DNA of 64,000 bases from positions 1 through 64,000 of IMG/VR virus record IMGVR_UViG_3300031576_000009, one strand, 5' to 3'. The notes below the pieces were generated by a model. It worked only from the letters and a program-made list of their open reading frames with translations. It made no database searches and was not told the origin of the DNA. Position numbers and translations under genes: made by a program. Positions 45,348-55,059 of the stretch are shown here, one piece after another (the first letter of the stretch is position 1; every line of letters starts with the position of its first letter). The DNA comes from a virus.

Positions 45348-47552
45348 TCAGAACGCCGTGATGATGACGATGACGCCATCGGCGCCGTTGCCGCCGTTGT
45401 TGATCGCATCACCGCTACCCCCACCACCACCTCCGCCGGGGAAGCCGCCATTGCCACCCGCACCGACGTCGCCACCGCCTCCACCAGAACCCCCGAGGGT
45501 GCTGATTCCCGTCGCGGTCGCGCTGCCGTCCTCCACACCGCCCGCCCCAGCCCCACCGCCGACCCCACCGACACCCGCAGCGCCCGAAACGGTCCCACCA
45601 CCTCCTCCACCACCGCCGTAATTCGAGGTGCCGCCCGTGCCGGCATTGTTCGCCCCGAGGTTTCCCGCACCGCCGGCTGCACCACCGAAGTCTGCGCGAC
45701 CTCCCGGATTCTGCGTTGTCGAAGCGGAAGCTGTCGTGGGCGCACCACCGCCCATACTGCCGCTCCCCTGACAGGCGTTAAGTGTCTGACAGGCGGTGTT
45801 GGAAAGGGCCGTCGGGAGACTCTGCACACTGCCGCCTGCCCCACCATCGCCCGAGTCGTTATTCGCGCCATCCACACCAGCCGACCCGAGATTCGCAGAC
45901 AGGATGACGATACCGTTGTTCGTCACCGTGCTTGAAGTCGCCGCAGACTTCGTAGCACCACCGATGCCACGGACCCCGACGCTGAGAGTCAACGTGCTTT
46001 GAAGCTCGGAGGCCAGGAACATCGCCCGTTGGTAGGCGCCGCCGCCGCCGCCGCCGCCCCCAGCAGCGGTCCCTGTTGTGTTCCCTGCTCCACCACGACC
46101 GCCAGCACCGAGCATCACGATGTCGACGTGCTTCGCTCCTTGCGGCTTGACCCACGTGTCGGCCCCCCCGCCACGGAACATCTGGACGTCGGGCGTACGT
46201 GGTGTCTGTGAGATCACCTGCGCAGCGGTCGCCGTCCAGGTGTTCACCTGGGCAAGCGCGATCGTGATATAGGCTTCTGCGGTGCTCGTCACGGTGCCAG
46301 TGGTCGCACCGAGATCACCCGCAGCGGTGTAGAAGCCGGTGAGGATCATAATCCCACCACCGTCCCCATCCGCCGTGCTCGCATCGAACCGCTCAGTGAG
46401 CGTCGCGAGTTGCGCGTTCGCCTGCGACGAGTATTGCGCGCCAGTGCCTCCGTCCACCGCGTGCGCCGCAACCTGCACAATCATCAAGTTGTCGTAGGGC
46501 ACACGACCACCAGGGATAGTCATGCTCGTACTTGCTGTCTCTTTGACTCCCGACGAGATGAAGATGGTCGGGTCACCGGCGGCAGCGACGCCGCGGAACG
46601 ACGCGATGACGACGTAGGTATGATCGCCCGAGTCCGCAACGGTCGGGACGGACTCCGCGCCGCTTGAGCGCTTCCAGCAGAGTGTGAGACGAGTCGTTCC
46701 TGCGGCCTTCGCAATCCCGAATCCTGTCTGCGGACCGCGCGTTGTATAGCCAGCCGGGCACGTCGCTGGATCGTTCTCCGTCTGGATCGCCAGGAGCAGC
46801 AGATCGCCAGAGATATTCGTCGGGAGCGTGAGCCCCTGAGCCGACCCGACGGTGCCCGTCCCGCTGCCCGCTGCCCCGACGCCGATAAAACTCGATGCCG
46901 TGCAGCCGGTCGCGGTCGATCCGCACCCTGTCCGGTACGCGCTCCCGTACGTCTCGAACGCACCGTCGCTGCCGAAGCCAAAGCGCCGCGTGTACAGCGT
47001 CGCACCCGTGATGCTCGACCACGCCGTGCAGGTGATGCCGTAGCTCGCGGTCCACGTCTCTGAGGAGTAGCACTCCCAAGCGTACCCGCCCTCGTTCGCC
47101 GCGCCTGGTTGCGGATCACGCATGACGCCGGCACCCTGCCCAGTAATGAAGAATGTCCCCATGGTCTGTCCACTCTGGACGTTCGTCGGGTTGCGCGCGT
47201 CGTCTCCGCCACCACGGCGAAGCCCCATCACGGAGTCAGGGCCAATACTCGACGAGTGTGTCTCCAGTGCAAGACTCGCAACGTTCGAACCACCGTGCTC
47301 CACGGCATAGAAGCTCGCCGTCAGTCCCCATACGGATGGCTCCAGTGAGGACGACGTGAACATGGCTCCGTAGAAGCTATGGACGGGAACAGTCCTCCCC
47401 GACGAGTCCGCACCCATATTCCGTTGGACATACCGCGGGTAGAAGCGACCAACCGGCGAGCCCGGCATGTCCTCCGACGACTGGGCTGCGCCACGTCCGG
47501 CACACAAGGCAAACACGAGTACGAGGACCGCACGCATCAGAAGGTCCCGCAA
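45348..47552 (-). CDS. tail fibre-like protein with C-terminal Gly-rich domain and N-terminal signal peptide
   Basis: TWVKPQGAKHVDIVMLGAGG...GGNGADGVIVIITAF (phage Gly-rich fibre domain); signal VLVLVFALCAGRGAA. Confidence 0.75.
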   Translation of the reverse strand: MRDLLMRAVLVLVFALCAGRGAAQSSEDMPGSPVGRFYPRYVQRNMGADSSGRTVPVHSFYGAMFTSSSLEPSVWGLTASFYAVEHGGSNVASLALETHSSSIGPDSVMGLRRGGGDDARNPTNVQSGQTMGTFFITGQGAGVMRDPQPGAANEGGYAWECYSSETWTASYGITCTAWSSITGATLYTRRFGFGSDGAFETYGSAYRTGCGSTATGCTASSFIGVGAAGSGTGTVGSAQGLTLPTNISGDLLLLAIQTENDPATCPAGYTTRGPQTGFGIAKAAGTTRLTLCWKRSSGAESVPTVADSGDHTYVVIASFRGVAAAGDPTIFISSGVKETASTSMTIPGGRVPYDNLMIVQVAAHAVDGGTGAQYSSQANAQLATLTERFDASTADGDGGGIMILTGFYTAAGDLGATTGTVTSTAEAYITIALAQVNTWTATAAQVISQTPRTPDVQMFRGGGADTWVKPQGAKHVDIVMLGAGGRGGAGNTTGTAAGGGGGGGGAYQRAMFLASELQSTLTLSVGVRGIGGATKSAATSSTVTNNGIVILSANLGSAGVDGANNDSGDGGAGGSVQSLPTALSNTACQTLNACQGSGSMGGGAPTTASASTTQNPGGRADFGGAAGGAGNLGANNAGTGGTSNYGGGGGGGGTVSGAAGVGGVGGGAGAGGVEDGSATATGISTLGGSGGGGGDVGAGGNGGFPGGGGGGGSGDAINNGGNGADGVIVIITAF

Positions 47553-47992
47553 ATCGCCACGACGTTGATGACCTCGCTCGTCAGTGCATTGGTGAACGTT
47601 GCTTGCAGCTCGTCACCGTTCTCAAGATAGAAGTATGGGTTACCCTGGCCGTCGATGGGCAGACCGGGCCACGCACTGCCGCTCATGAAATTCACCGCGG
47701 GAATAGCGGTAGTGAACCCGGAGCTGGCGGGCACACTGATCGTTACGCCACCCACCTTCGTCGCACCCTTCTGAATCTGGACCGTCACCGGGTTGGCGGC
47801 GTTGTCGTTCGATGTGACGTAGAGGCCGACGCACTTTACCGTGTTCGTCACGGTGCCCACGACATCGACGTAGGTGCCGGGGCTGGTAGTCATCTGCACT
47901 GCGTAGAGCTTTGGCGTGCCCAGGTAGATCGGCGCAGTGGCCGCATGCGCCAGGGTGGACAGGAACAATAGGACCAAGACGAGACGCTTCAT
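47537..47992 (-). CDS. secreted beta-sandwich structural-like protein
   Basis: MKRLVLVLLFLSTLAHA| signal; YLENGDELQA motif. Confidence 0.75.
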   Translation of the reverse strand: MKRLVLVLLFLSTLAHAATAPIYLGTPKLYAVQMTTSPGTYVDVVGTVTNTVKCVGLYVTSNDNAANPVTVQIQKGATKVGGVTISVPASSGFTTAIPAVNFMSGSAWPGLPIDGQGNPYFYLENGDELQATFTNALTSEVINVVAICGTF

Positions 47993-47995
47993 AAA

Positions 47996-49105
47996 TCAGA
48001 CTCCTCCGAGAAGGGCATGTTGCAGAACCTGGACTTCGACGGACGACACGAGTGTCCCCGCGCCGCTGGTGGGCATGGCGAGTAGGCTACCATTGTTGCA
48101 GACTTCCATGGTGTCGGTAGACCGATCGGCATACTGCGCCCAGGACTCCCCCAACGAACAGCCGGCGCTCGGAGTCGAGAGCGTGAAGTCGAGGAACCCG
48201 GCACTCGCCTCGTGCGCACCAGCCGTCTTGTCGCCGATGTTGAGCGACTCGATGGACGCCGTGCGCGTCTCCAAGTAGTCGGTCGGGTCGCCGGGATCAC
48301 CGATGCGCGCACCCTTGCTAGTGCTCGACACCTTGAGGTGACCCGTGGAGACCACGAGGTTGTCCGTGATGTTCGTGTTGCCCGACCCATCAATTACGAT
48401 GCGGTTCTCCGGCACCGTCTCGCCGTTCTGCACCGTACCGATCGTCAAGCCGGTTCCACGATCGCTGCCGGTCCATCCGCTGCCCGCCGTGACCGACCAC
48501 TCGATGTAGCCGCCGCTCGCGCCCACAGTGCCATCGTGGCCCACCGCCTGGATCGTCATGATGTTGGTATTGAGGGCAATCGCGCTCTCGCTGCCGTGTG
48601 TACCACCAGTCCGGTAGCCCTGAAGGATGGCCGAGTTGCCCGTGCCGGTGCTGTGACTGTGGATCGTGATGGAGCCCTGGCCTGCACCGGGCAGCTCGAC
48701 GTTGAGTACGCCCGTGTTGGCGGTGCAGCCGGCCTGACCGATCCCCAGGCAGTTGCCCGACGCATCCCACAGCAGCGCGCTGTCAGCCGCGATAGAGCCA
48801 GTGCCAGCCCAGTACGTTACCTGCCCAGCCACCCCGGTGAGCGAAATCCACGTATCGGGGCCCGTGCGGGTCGGGATGCCATTGCCGAGCCCGGCGATCG
48901 CGACGAGGTCCGCGTCGAGGGCAACCACGCACCGTCCGCCGGACTTCGTCGCACCGATTGCTGGGGCGTCAAAATCGAGGACGCAGCCCGAGCTCACCAA
49001 CGCGTTGTCCTGGCGCACCTCGGCGTCGTGCACTTCCCCAGCCATGTGCGCGTGTGCAAGCGACGCTATGAGTACCAGTACTCCGACTACACTCCACAGG
49101 CCCAT
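47996..49105 (-). CDS. fibre-like protein with signal peptide
   Basis: VLVLIASLAHA|; LDADLVAIAGL, LLWDASGNCLGIG and RIVIDGSGN fibre-type motifs. Confidence 0.7.
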   Translation of the reverse strand: MGLWSVVGVLVLIASLAHAHMAGEVHDAEVRQDNALVSSGCVLDFDAPAIGATKSGGRCVVALDADLVAIAGLGNGIPTRTGPDTWISLTGVAGQVTYWAGTGSIAADSALLWDASGNCLGIGQAGCTANTGVLNVELPGAGQGSITIHSHSTGTGNSAILQGYRTGGTHGSESAIALNTNIMTIQAVGHDGTVGASGGYIEWSVTAGSGWTGSDRGTGLTIGTVQNGETVPENRIVIDGSGNTNITDNLVVSTGHLKVSSTSKGARIGDPGDPTDYLETRTASIESLNIGDKTAGAHEASAGFLDFTLSTPSAGCSLGESWAQYADRSTDTMEVCNNGSLLAMPTSGAGTLVSSVEVQVLQHALLGGV

Positions 49106-49812
49106 AGCGATACGTTCCCAGATGAGATCGCCGTGAGCCGAATCTTCGCTCCCAGCGAGGCGCGGGTCTGAGTGGAGATAAGACGACCGTGGTAATAGTT
49201 CGTCTCCTCAGTTCCCACGCCTTGCGCACCCACGTTATCGGGGGTGCGCGATACATCCATGAACCGGATCGCTTTGCGGAAGGCCGGGCTTGCCGCAAGG
49301 GTACGTGCATAGTCGTACAGTGCGACGACGAAGTCGCAGGTAGCACCGCTCGCCGAATACTCGGTCTTCACCAAGAGCTCGGAGAGCCGGAAGAGCTCGA
49401 CCAACAGGAGATATCCATCGCCAGTCGACGGCGTGTTCGGGAGCGCGCGGTTGAGGGTCATGGTCCGGCTCGCACCGTGCGTGATGATCCGCCGTGTCTC
49501 GCCGATGTTGCCGGCGGTTCCGCTGATCATGTGGAGCAGCAGACCCTCGGCATTCGCCGGAAGGCCCGCCGTCACGTTGTCGAGCTGGACGATGGTCGCC
49601 GACGTGACCGTATCGAGCAGCCCGTCCCCATCATACGGATAGTCTCGATCGATCGTAGTCACCTGTGAGGCAATCTTGATGAAGTTCGCCGGAGCACCGA
49701 AGGGCGCGACGTGTGCCGACTTGAAGGTCTGCGGGTTGCCCTCGATGTAGTCATCGCTGGAGATGATCCCGACGGTCTCGGCGCTTGCGGTGGACGCTGT
49801 TCCCTTGGCCAT
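49087..49812 (-). CDS. structural protein, paralogue family A
   Basis: DDYIEG...YPYDG...GETRRI..H...AISSGNVSLWACG; homologous to 52715..53422 and 53422..54150. Confidence 0.75.
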   Translation of the reverse strand: MAKGTASTASAETVGIISSDDYIEGNPQTFKSAHVAPFGAPANFIKIASQVTTIDRDYPYDGDGLLDTVTSATIVQLDNVTAGLPANAEGLLLHMISGTAGNIGETRRIITHGASRTMTLNRALPNTPSTGDGYLLLVELFRLSELLVKTEYSASGATCDFVVALYDYARTLAASPAFRKAIRFMDVSRTPDNVGAQGVGTEETNYYHGRLISTQTRASLGAKIRLTAISSGNVSLWACGV

Positions 49813-49819
49813 CGATCCC

Positions 49820-50809
49820 TCAGTGCAACGTGCTCAGGTACGGCGGCCGGTCTATGGTCTGCTCGTACCAGATGTAATCGATGTCCCAGGCACGCTCGCT
49901 CGCGTCCTGTGAACGCACCATCAGGCCCCAGTGCCAGGGTTGCCCATCGTCCTCGACGTTGGATGACTTGAGGCAGCACCCTGTGTTACAGCCCACGCTG
50001 GCGGGGCAGGCCGCGTTGTCGATCTGACACTTGACGACGCCGACGCTCACGAGCTCGACGCGGAAGCGATACGAGGTCCCAATCACGGGGAGGATGTTCA
50101 AATCCGAACCGCTGCACGCGTTGTCGCCACAGGTGTAGCACTGGAACTTCCCGCTATTCTCGGCCCCATCATGCCGAATCCAGATCGCGCCGTTCGGGCA
50201 GCTATCCGGGTTGCTGCCACCAGTACAGATGTCGATGCCCCAGTTCATCCGATTGTTGGTGAACGGTGATCCGAGCGCAGCAGGATTCTCGGGCTTGACC
50301 ACGGACTCCAAGAACCACCCCACCGTGTTACTGAGTCCGTAGAGTGGCATCCCTCCATCACTGTGTTCCAGCTGCGCGGTCGTGTTCGCACTACTCACGC
50401 GATGAAAGGACGTGTTGAACGAGGTCGCGACCCGCTGCCCTGAACCCGTGACAGCACTCCCACTGACGACCATGGCGTACGGAGCCCCCTGGACGCCATG
50501 GTCGTACGCCTGCAGCAGATCGTCGAAGGCGATCACCCGTGCAGAGGGATTGAGCGAGCTCCCGCCCGCAATAGTCGCCATCCGCATCTTGCAGGAGCTC
50601 GCACCACCGAGCGCAGAGGTTTGCCCTTTGAAGTTGAGGATGCGCACCAACCCGCGAGAAGTCGAGCCTGCGAGGCATTCGATCCGCGGGCGCTGACCTA
50701 GTTGCGGCTGCGCGGAAGCGAAGGACGCGACGATGATGATGCCGATCATCGTCAAGCCGAACAGCACGATCCCAATCTTCACTACGTCTTTCAGAAAGGT
50801 TCGATTCAT
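49820..50809 (-). CDS. exported Cys-rich LamG/lectin-like protein, paralogue family B
   Basis: signal/TM then ASA|Q; CYTC...CSG...IDYIWY. Confidence 0.7.
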   Translation of the reverse strand: MNRTFLKDVVKIGIVLFGLTMIGIIIVASFASAQPQLGQRPRIECLAGSTSRGLVRILNFKGQTSALGGASSCKMRMATIAGGSSLNPSARVIAFDDLLQAYDHGVQGAPYAMVVSGSAVTGSGQRVATSFNTSFHRVSSANTTAQLEHSDGGMPLYGLSNTVGWFLESVVKPENPAALGSPFTNNRMNWGIDICTGGSNPDSCPNGAIWIRHDGAENSGKFQCYTCGDNACSGSDLNILPVIGTSYRFRVELVSVGVVKCQIDNAACPASVGCNTGCCLKSSNVEDDGQPWHWGLMVRSQDASERAWDIDYIWYEQTIDRPPYLSTLH

Positions 50810-51741
50810 CGGCTCACGTTCGCGCTATACCAGGCGTAGTCGACGCTGAGGCCGCGGATGCTGGCCGAGAGCGGCTGCACGGCAAGGTACGAGTTGAAGA
50901 CCACCGAACTCGCCGGAAGGTTCGTCGTATGCGTCACGACCTCCCCGTCGATGTTGCATCGCAAGGTGGACGTGTTCTGCATGTCGATACGCACCTTCAT
51001 GTACGTACCAGTACTCGGAACGTAGCTTGACGCCGTTCCTGAGCACGTGCTGCTCGCGCAGGCGTAACACCGGACCGTAGAGCCAAGCGACGTATCGAAG
51101 AGCACACCGATGAAGTCCGCTGGCGCCAAGGTGTTGTACGGCGTATCGGCGGTGTCCGGCATGTTGCCGTACATCCCGGCCATGATGCGCACCGTCGTCG
51201 TGTTCTGGCGTGGCGCGAACATCCACTCCATGAACCAGTTGCCTGCTTGCCCGGTCAGACCGAAGAACGGATTCGGCACGACACGCGTGTTCTGATCGCG
51301 CAGTCCGAGTGTGTGAATGATTTTGGCTGCGTTGAGCGTCGCGGGAGTATCCATGAACACGAGGCCGGGATGGTTGTAGTTCGACCCGTCGATACCAGTA
51401 CAACCCGAACCCGCTCCACCCGCTCCTGTACAGGACCACCCACCATCCGTGTCGTAGTCCCGATCACCGATTCCTTGCGTAATGAACTCTTCGTACAGGT
51501 CGACCTTCGTGATCGGATCGAACGTGAATGTACAGTTGCAGGTTCCGCCGACCGTGCATCCAGCCGCTGCCAGCCCGAGGTTGAAGTCCATGCGGTTGCA
51601 GTCGGCGACCTTCGCGCCGGCTGAACGCACATCGATCCCCCGCGGGGCACCTGGCGTACGTGGTGCCGGCGGGCCGATGAACGGTGGATCGGCGAAGGCA
51701 GTGCTGACGAAGAGCAGAACGGCAAGCAGTGATCGAATCAT
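50806..51741 (-). CDS. exported Cys-rich LamG/lectin-like protein, paralogue family B
   Basis: MIRSLLAVLLFVSTAFA|; CYACASSTCSG...HTTNLP...VDYAWY. Confidence 0.75.
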   Translation of the reverse strand: MIRSLLAVLLFVSTAFADPPFIGPPAPRTPGAPRGIDVRSAGAKVADCNRMDFNLGLAAAGCTVGGTCNCTFTFDPITKVDLYEEFITQGIGDRDYDTDGGWSCTGAGGAGSGCTGIDGSNYNHPGLVFMDTPATLNAAKIIHTLGLRDQNTRVVPNPFFGLTGQAGNWFMEWMFAPRQNTTTVRIMAGMYGNMPDTADTPYNTLAPADFIGVLFDTSLGSTVRCYACASSTCSGTASSYVPSTGTYMKVRIDMQNTSTLRCNIDGEVVTHTTNLPASSVVFNSYLAVQPLSASIRGLSVDYAWYSANVSR

Positions 51742-52718
51742 CGGCTCACCGTGGCGTGGTACCAGACGTAATCGATGTGCAGCGGCTTCTCTGCCGTCGT
51801 CTTCGTCCAGGCACCGAGGCCCATGGTCAAGGCGATGTTGGACGGCAGGTTCGTGCTCTTTGTCACGGCGGTCGTCGCGTCGATCTGGCCACGCAGGTTG
51901 CTGCTATCGCTCATATCGAGCGTGAACTTGTACCAGGTGTTTGCCGCTACCGTGACGGCGGTGATGTCCGTTCCGCTACATGTGCTCGCCGAGCAACTGT
52001 ACAGCTGAATGCGCGAGCTCGCGGATGCTTCGTACCGAAACCCGATGAAGTCGACGGGCGTGAAGAGCGTGGAGATGCAGTTCCGGCTCCCACACACAGC
52101 GAGCGTGGCCTCGCTCGTGAACCCCATCAGGTAGATGGAGTTCGTCAGATCGCCGAGCTGTACGGCGAAGGTGAGTTTCCAGCCGGTCGTGTTCGCGAGC
52201 GCGTAGAAGGCACGCGGATTATGGGTATGACTGCCGACGTTGCCCTGGATGTGCAGGAGCATGCAGCCCTTGTTGGTCTCATTGCAGGGCGTGATGACCT
52301 GGACACCAGGACGATCGAACTCAGTCGCGTTAATCCCACGACTGTTGGTCCGTGAGCAACAGACGGTCCCGCCACCGGTCGCGGTCGCAACTCCTGTGAA
52401 GGCGTACTCTGTACCGCTACGCTCTTCAGAAGCAACGCTGCCCCAGAAGTCCTCGAAGTAGTCGATCGTGGTGGACGGCGCGAGTCCTCCACTGCACGAG
52501 CAGGTACCGTCGATGTCGCAGGCATCACCGTTCCGTGTTGCGGTGAGGTTCGAACCGAACGCGAGCGAGGCACATGGCCGCTGAAAGACCCCGTTCGAGG
52601 ACACGCGCGGGAAACTCCCGACGCCTGGAGGCAACGGGTCATCACCGAAGGCGTTGATCACCTGGCAGATGAGCAGGAACGGGACGAGGAAGACGAGCAA
52701 TCGATCCTGCCACTTCAT
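51738..52718 (-). CDS. exported Cys-rich LamG/lectin-like protein, paralogue family B
   Basis: signal peptide; YSCSASTCSG...KSTNLP...IDYVWY. Confidence 0.75.
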   Translation of the reverse strand: MKWQDRLLVFLVPFLLICQVINAFGDDPLPPGVGSFPRVSSNGVFQRPCASLAFGSNLTATRNGDACDIDGTCSCSGGLAPSTTIDYFEDFWGSVASEERSGTEYAFTGVATATGGGTVCCSRTNSRGINATEFDRPGVQVITPCNETNKGCMLLHIQGNVGSHTHNPRAFYALANTTGWKLTFAVQLGDLTNSIYLMGFTSEATLAVCGSRNCISTLFTPVDFIGFRYEASASSRIQLYSCSASTCSGTDITAVTVAANTWYKFTLDMSDSSNLRGQIDATTAVTKSTNLPSNIALTMGLGAWTKTTAEKPLHIDYVWYHATVSR

Positions 52719-53422
52719 GTGCCACCCGCCCACAGGCTCGTGGTGCCGGCAGAGATCGCCTTCAGGTAGACCTTCCCGCCAACCGCCCCACGCGAGGCGA
52801 GCGAGTAGCCCTGCACGTGCGAGAACGCCGCCTTGGTTACACCGACCGAGTATCCGAGGTTCATCAGGCGCACCGGGGCATCCTGGATACGGCGCGGGCC
52901 ACGCGTCCCGACGATCGGTACATCGAAGAGGGTCATGACGATGTCCAGGTAGTCGGTCTCGTTCACGTTCGAGTGCTCGGCCTTCAGCATCATCTGGTTC
53001 AGCTTGAAGAGGTCGAGCAGCAGGACGTAGTTGACCGTTCCCGTCGGCGTCGTCGTCCAGTTGCGATTGAGGGTCATCACCTGACCAGAGTGCGAGACGA
53101 TTCGGCGGACCTGTCCGATCCCGGTCGAGGCTGCGGTGATCGCGACCAAGAGCCCATCGATGTCGATGTTAGTGAGCGGCACCGAGGTCGTGGTGATCGT
53201 CCCAGCGGCAACACCCGCCGCGACACCGGTCCCGTCATCCGGGTATTCCTTCACGGTGTTCACCGCATCGGCGATGCACTGCAGGGAAAGAGGGCTGCCG
53301 TACTGCCCAATGAGCTCGTGCTGAACGCTGGTCGTTCCCTCGATCTCGTCGTCGTACTGGAGAGTGCCCCACAGCTGGGACCCACCAGGATCGACGCGGC
53401 TGACGGTTGATCGCGACGGCAT
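52715..53422 (-). CDS. structural protein, paralogue family A
   Basis: WGT..DDEIEGT...GQVRRI...DLFK...NETDY...SLWAGG. Confidence 0.75.
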   Translation of the reverse strand: MPSRSTVSRVDPGGSQLWGTLQYDDEIEGTTSVQHELIGQYGSPLSLQCIADAVNTVKEYPDDGTGVAAGVAAGTITTTSVPLTNIDIDGLLVAITAASTGIGQVRRIVSHSGQVMTLNRNWTTTPTGTVNYVLLLDLFKLNQMMLKAEHSNVNETDYLDIVMTLFDVPIVGTRGPRRIQDAPVRLMNLGYSVGVTKAAFSHVQGYSLASRGAVGGKVYLKAISAGTTSLWAGGT

Positions 53423-54150
53423 CAGAAGCCTCCGGCCCAGAGCACCACAGAACCTCCCGAGATCGTGTGCGCGTAGACCTTGGCCCCGAAGCACCCATGC
53501 GTCAGGAGCTCGTAGCGATCCCCGTGCGAGTAGGACGCCTTGGTCACGCCGACCTGGTTGGCACGGTTGGTGAGCCGAATACGCCGGTCGACGAACGGTC
53601 TCGATCCTCGCACGGTCTCCTGCGGCGTGTCATACAGATACACGTGGATGTCGACGTAGTCCGTCTCGTTGTTGGTAGAGAACTCCGCCTTGATACCGAG
53701 ATGCGCGTACTTGAACAAATCGATGAGGAGCGCGCAGATGCTCCCATCATCTGGGCGAGGGTTGTAGACGGGCGTGACCAGCAACGTGTGGAATGGAATG
53801 GCGCCGATCGTGGCCTTGAGCCCGGTGACCCGACGCACCTGTCCAAGTCCCGGCCCGACCTGTACCACGAGAAGCATGTCTGCGTAGTCGACGAGCACGT
53901 TTGAGCCCATCGTCGGGATGTAGACCTGCGCAGACGTGGCTGCTTCCACTCCTCCGGTCCCGTTGTCGGGGTATAGCGTCCCAGCAACGACCGGGTCACC
54001 GATGCACTGGAGGCGCATCGGCTGGCCCACCTGTCCGTAGATTTCGTGGTGGACGTTACTGGTACCTTCGATCTCATCGTCGAACTTGTAGGTCCCCCAC
54101 TTCTGTGGGCCGGTCCCGGCGTCCTTCCGTGTGGCGGTCGCACGGCTCAT
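53422..54150 (-). CDS. structural protein, paralogue family A
   Basis: WGTYKFDDEIEGT...GQVRRV...DLFK...NETDY...VLWAGG. Confidence 0.75.
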   Translation of the reverse strand: MSRATATRKDAGTGPQKWGTYKFDDEIEGTSNVHHEIYGQVGQPMRLQCIGDPVVAGTLYPDNGTGGVEAATSAQVYIPTMGSNVLVDYADMLLVVQVGPGLGQVRRVTGLKATIGAIPFHTLLVTPVYNPRPDDGSICALLIDLFKYAHLGIKAEFSTNNETDYVDIHVYLYDTPQETVRGSRPFVDRRIRLTNRANQVGVTKASYSHGDRYELLTHGCFGAKVYAHTISGGSVVLWAGGF

Positions 54151-54575
54151 GCCGCGTGCAAGTACTCCACGAGCTGGTACTCGGTGGTGGGAACCTGCTT
54201 CTCGGCCAGGAGCGTCCGGAAGTCGTCAGGCATCCGCCCGATCATGACCTTCAGCACGGCCCCGGGAATACCGTGGAGGATCACCCGACGCACGCAGTCG
54301 GGATGCAGGCCCAGGTGCGCACAGAGCAGATCGAAGTCGTACCCCCGGACCAGGTCGATCTGTTCAGCGCCCAGGAGCCAGACGAGGTCGTGCCACCATT
54401 GCCGGTACATGCTCGACCCTTTCATCTGCTTCGGCTGCCAGAGGAACCGCTTGGCATCCTCCAGGATGGCCTGTAGCAGGCTGTACTCGCACCGATGGTA
54501 GTTGGCATGACGCGGTTCGAAGGTCGCAGCAACCGAGGGATCGTTGTACCAAATCTCTTCCTCGATGGAGACCAT
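54147..54575 (-). CDS. conserved hypothetical helical protein
   Basis: LLQAILEDA...WL...FDLLCAHLGLHPDCVRR; GGGGAGGG RBS. Confidence 0.65.
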   Translation of the reverse strand: MVSIEEEIWYNDPSVAATFEPRHANYHRCEYSLLQAILEDAKRFLWQPKQMKGSSMYRQWWHDLVWLLGAEQIDLVRGYDFDLLCAHLGLHPDCVRRVILHGIPGAVLKVMIGRMPDDFRTLLAEKQVPTTEYQLVEYLHAA

Positions 54576-54591
54576 CTGTGCACCCTCCCCC

Positions 54592-54783
54592 CTACGCGAT
54601 TCTTTCGGTAGGGAAGTTCACGCACTCCGTGACGTGATCGACGTACTCGGAGGTGCCAATGATGAACCCGACCACAGGTACGTCCTCGTCGCTCTCTGGG
54701 ATTGCGATGTCCCAGCCGAGCTCTAGGCACGCAGAGATAATCTGCTCGATGGCGGTTTCCGCCGAGCTGCGAGTCTCACTCAC
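54592..54783 (-). CDS. small acidic hypothetical protein
   Basis: GTG start; LGWDIAIP...GFIIGT. Confidence 0.55.
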   Translation of the reverse strand: MSETRSSAETAIEQIISACLELGWDIAIPESDEDVPVVGFIIGTSEYVDHVTECVNFPTERIA

Positions 54784-54800
54784 GTTTGTACCTGATCGAT

Positions 54801-55034
54801 TCAAACGAGCCGCTTCTCTTCCGCTAGCCACCGCGGAATGATCAGAACACCGTTCGTGTCTCGCTTATACACCTCGGAGTCGTCATGGATCAAGGACTTG
54901 GGAATCCAGTACCCATGTCCATCGATCATGACCCGGATCGCGAGCTGGCTTTCCCCCACACACACCGAATCAGGGAACTCGACGAGCTCATTGCCATCTT
55001 CGCGCTTGTCCTCATCCCGATTGTAATCTACCAT
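54801..55034 (-). CDS. small hypothetical protein (WIPKS family)
   Basis: GGGAG RBS; WIPKS.I...IPRWLAEEK. Confidence 0.7.
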   Translation of the reverse strand: MVDYNRDEDKREDGNELVEFPDSVCVGESQLAIRVMIDGHGYWIPKSLIHDDSEVYKRDTNGVLIIPRWLAEEKRLV

Positions 55035-55059
55035 GTTCGCTCCCTGCTGTTAGAAAGGT

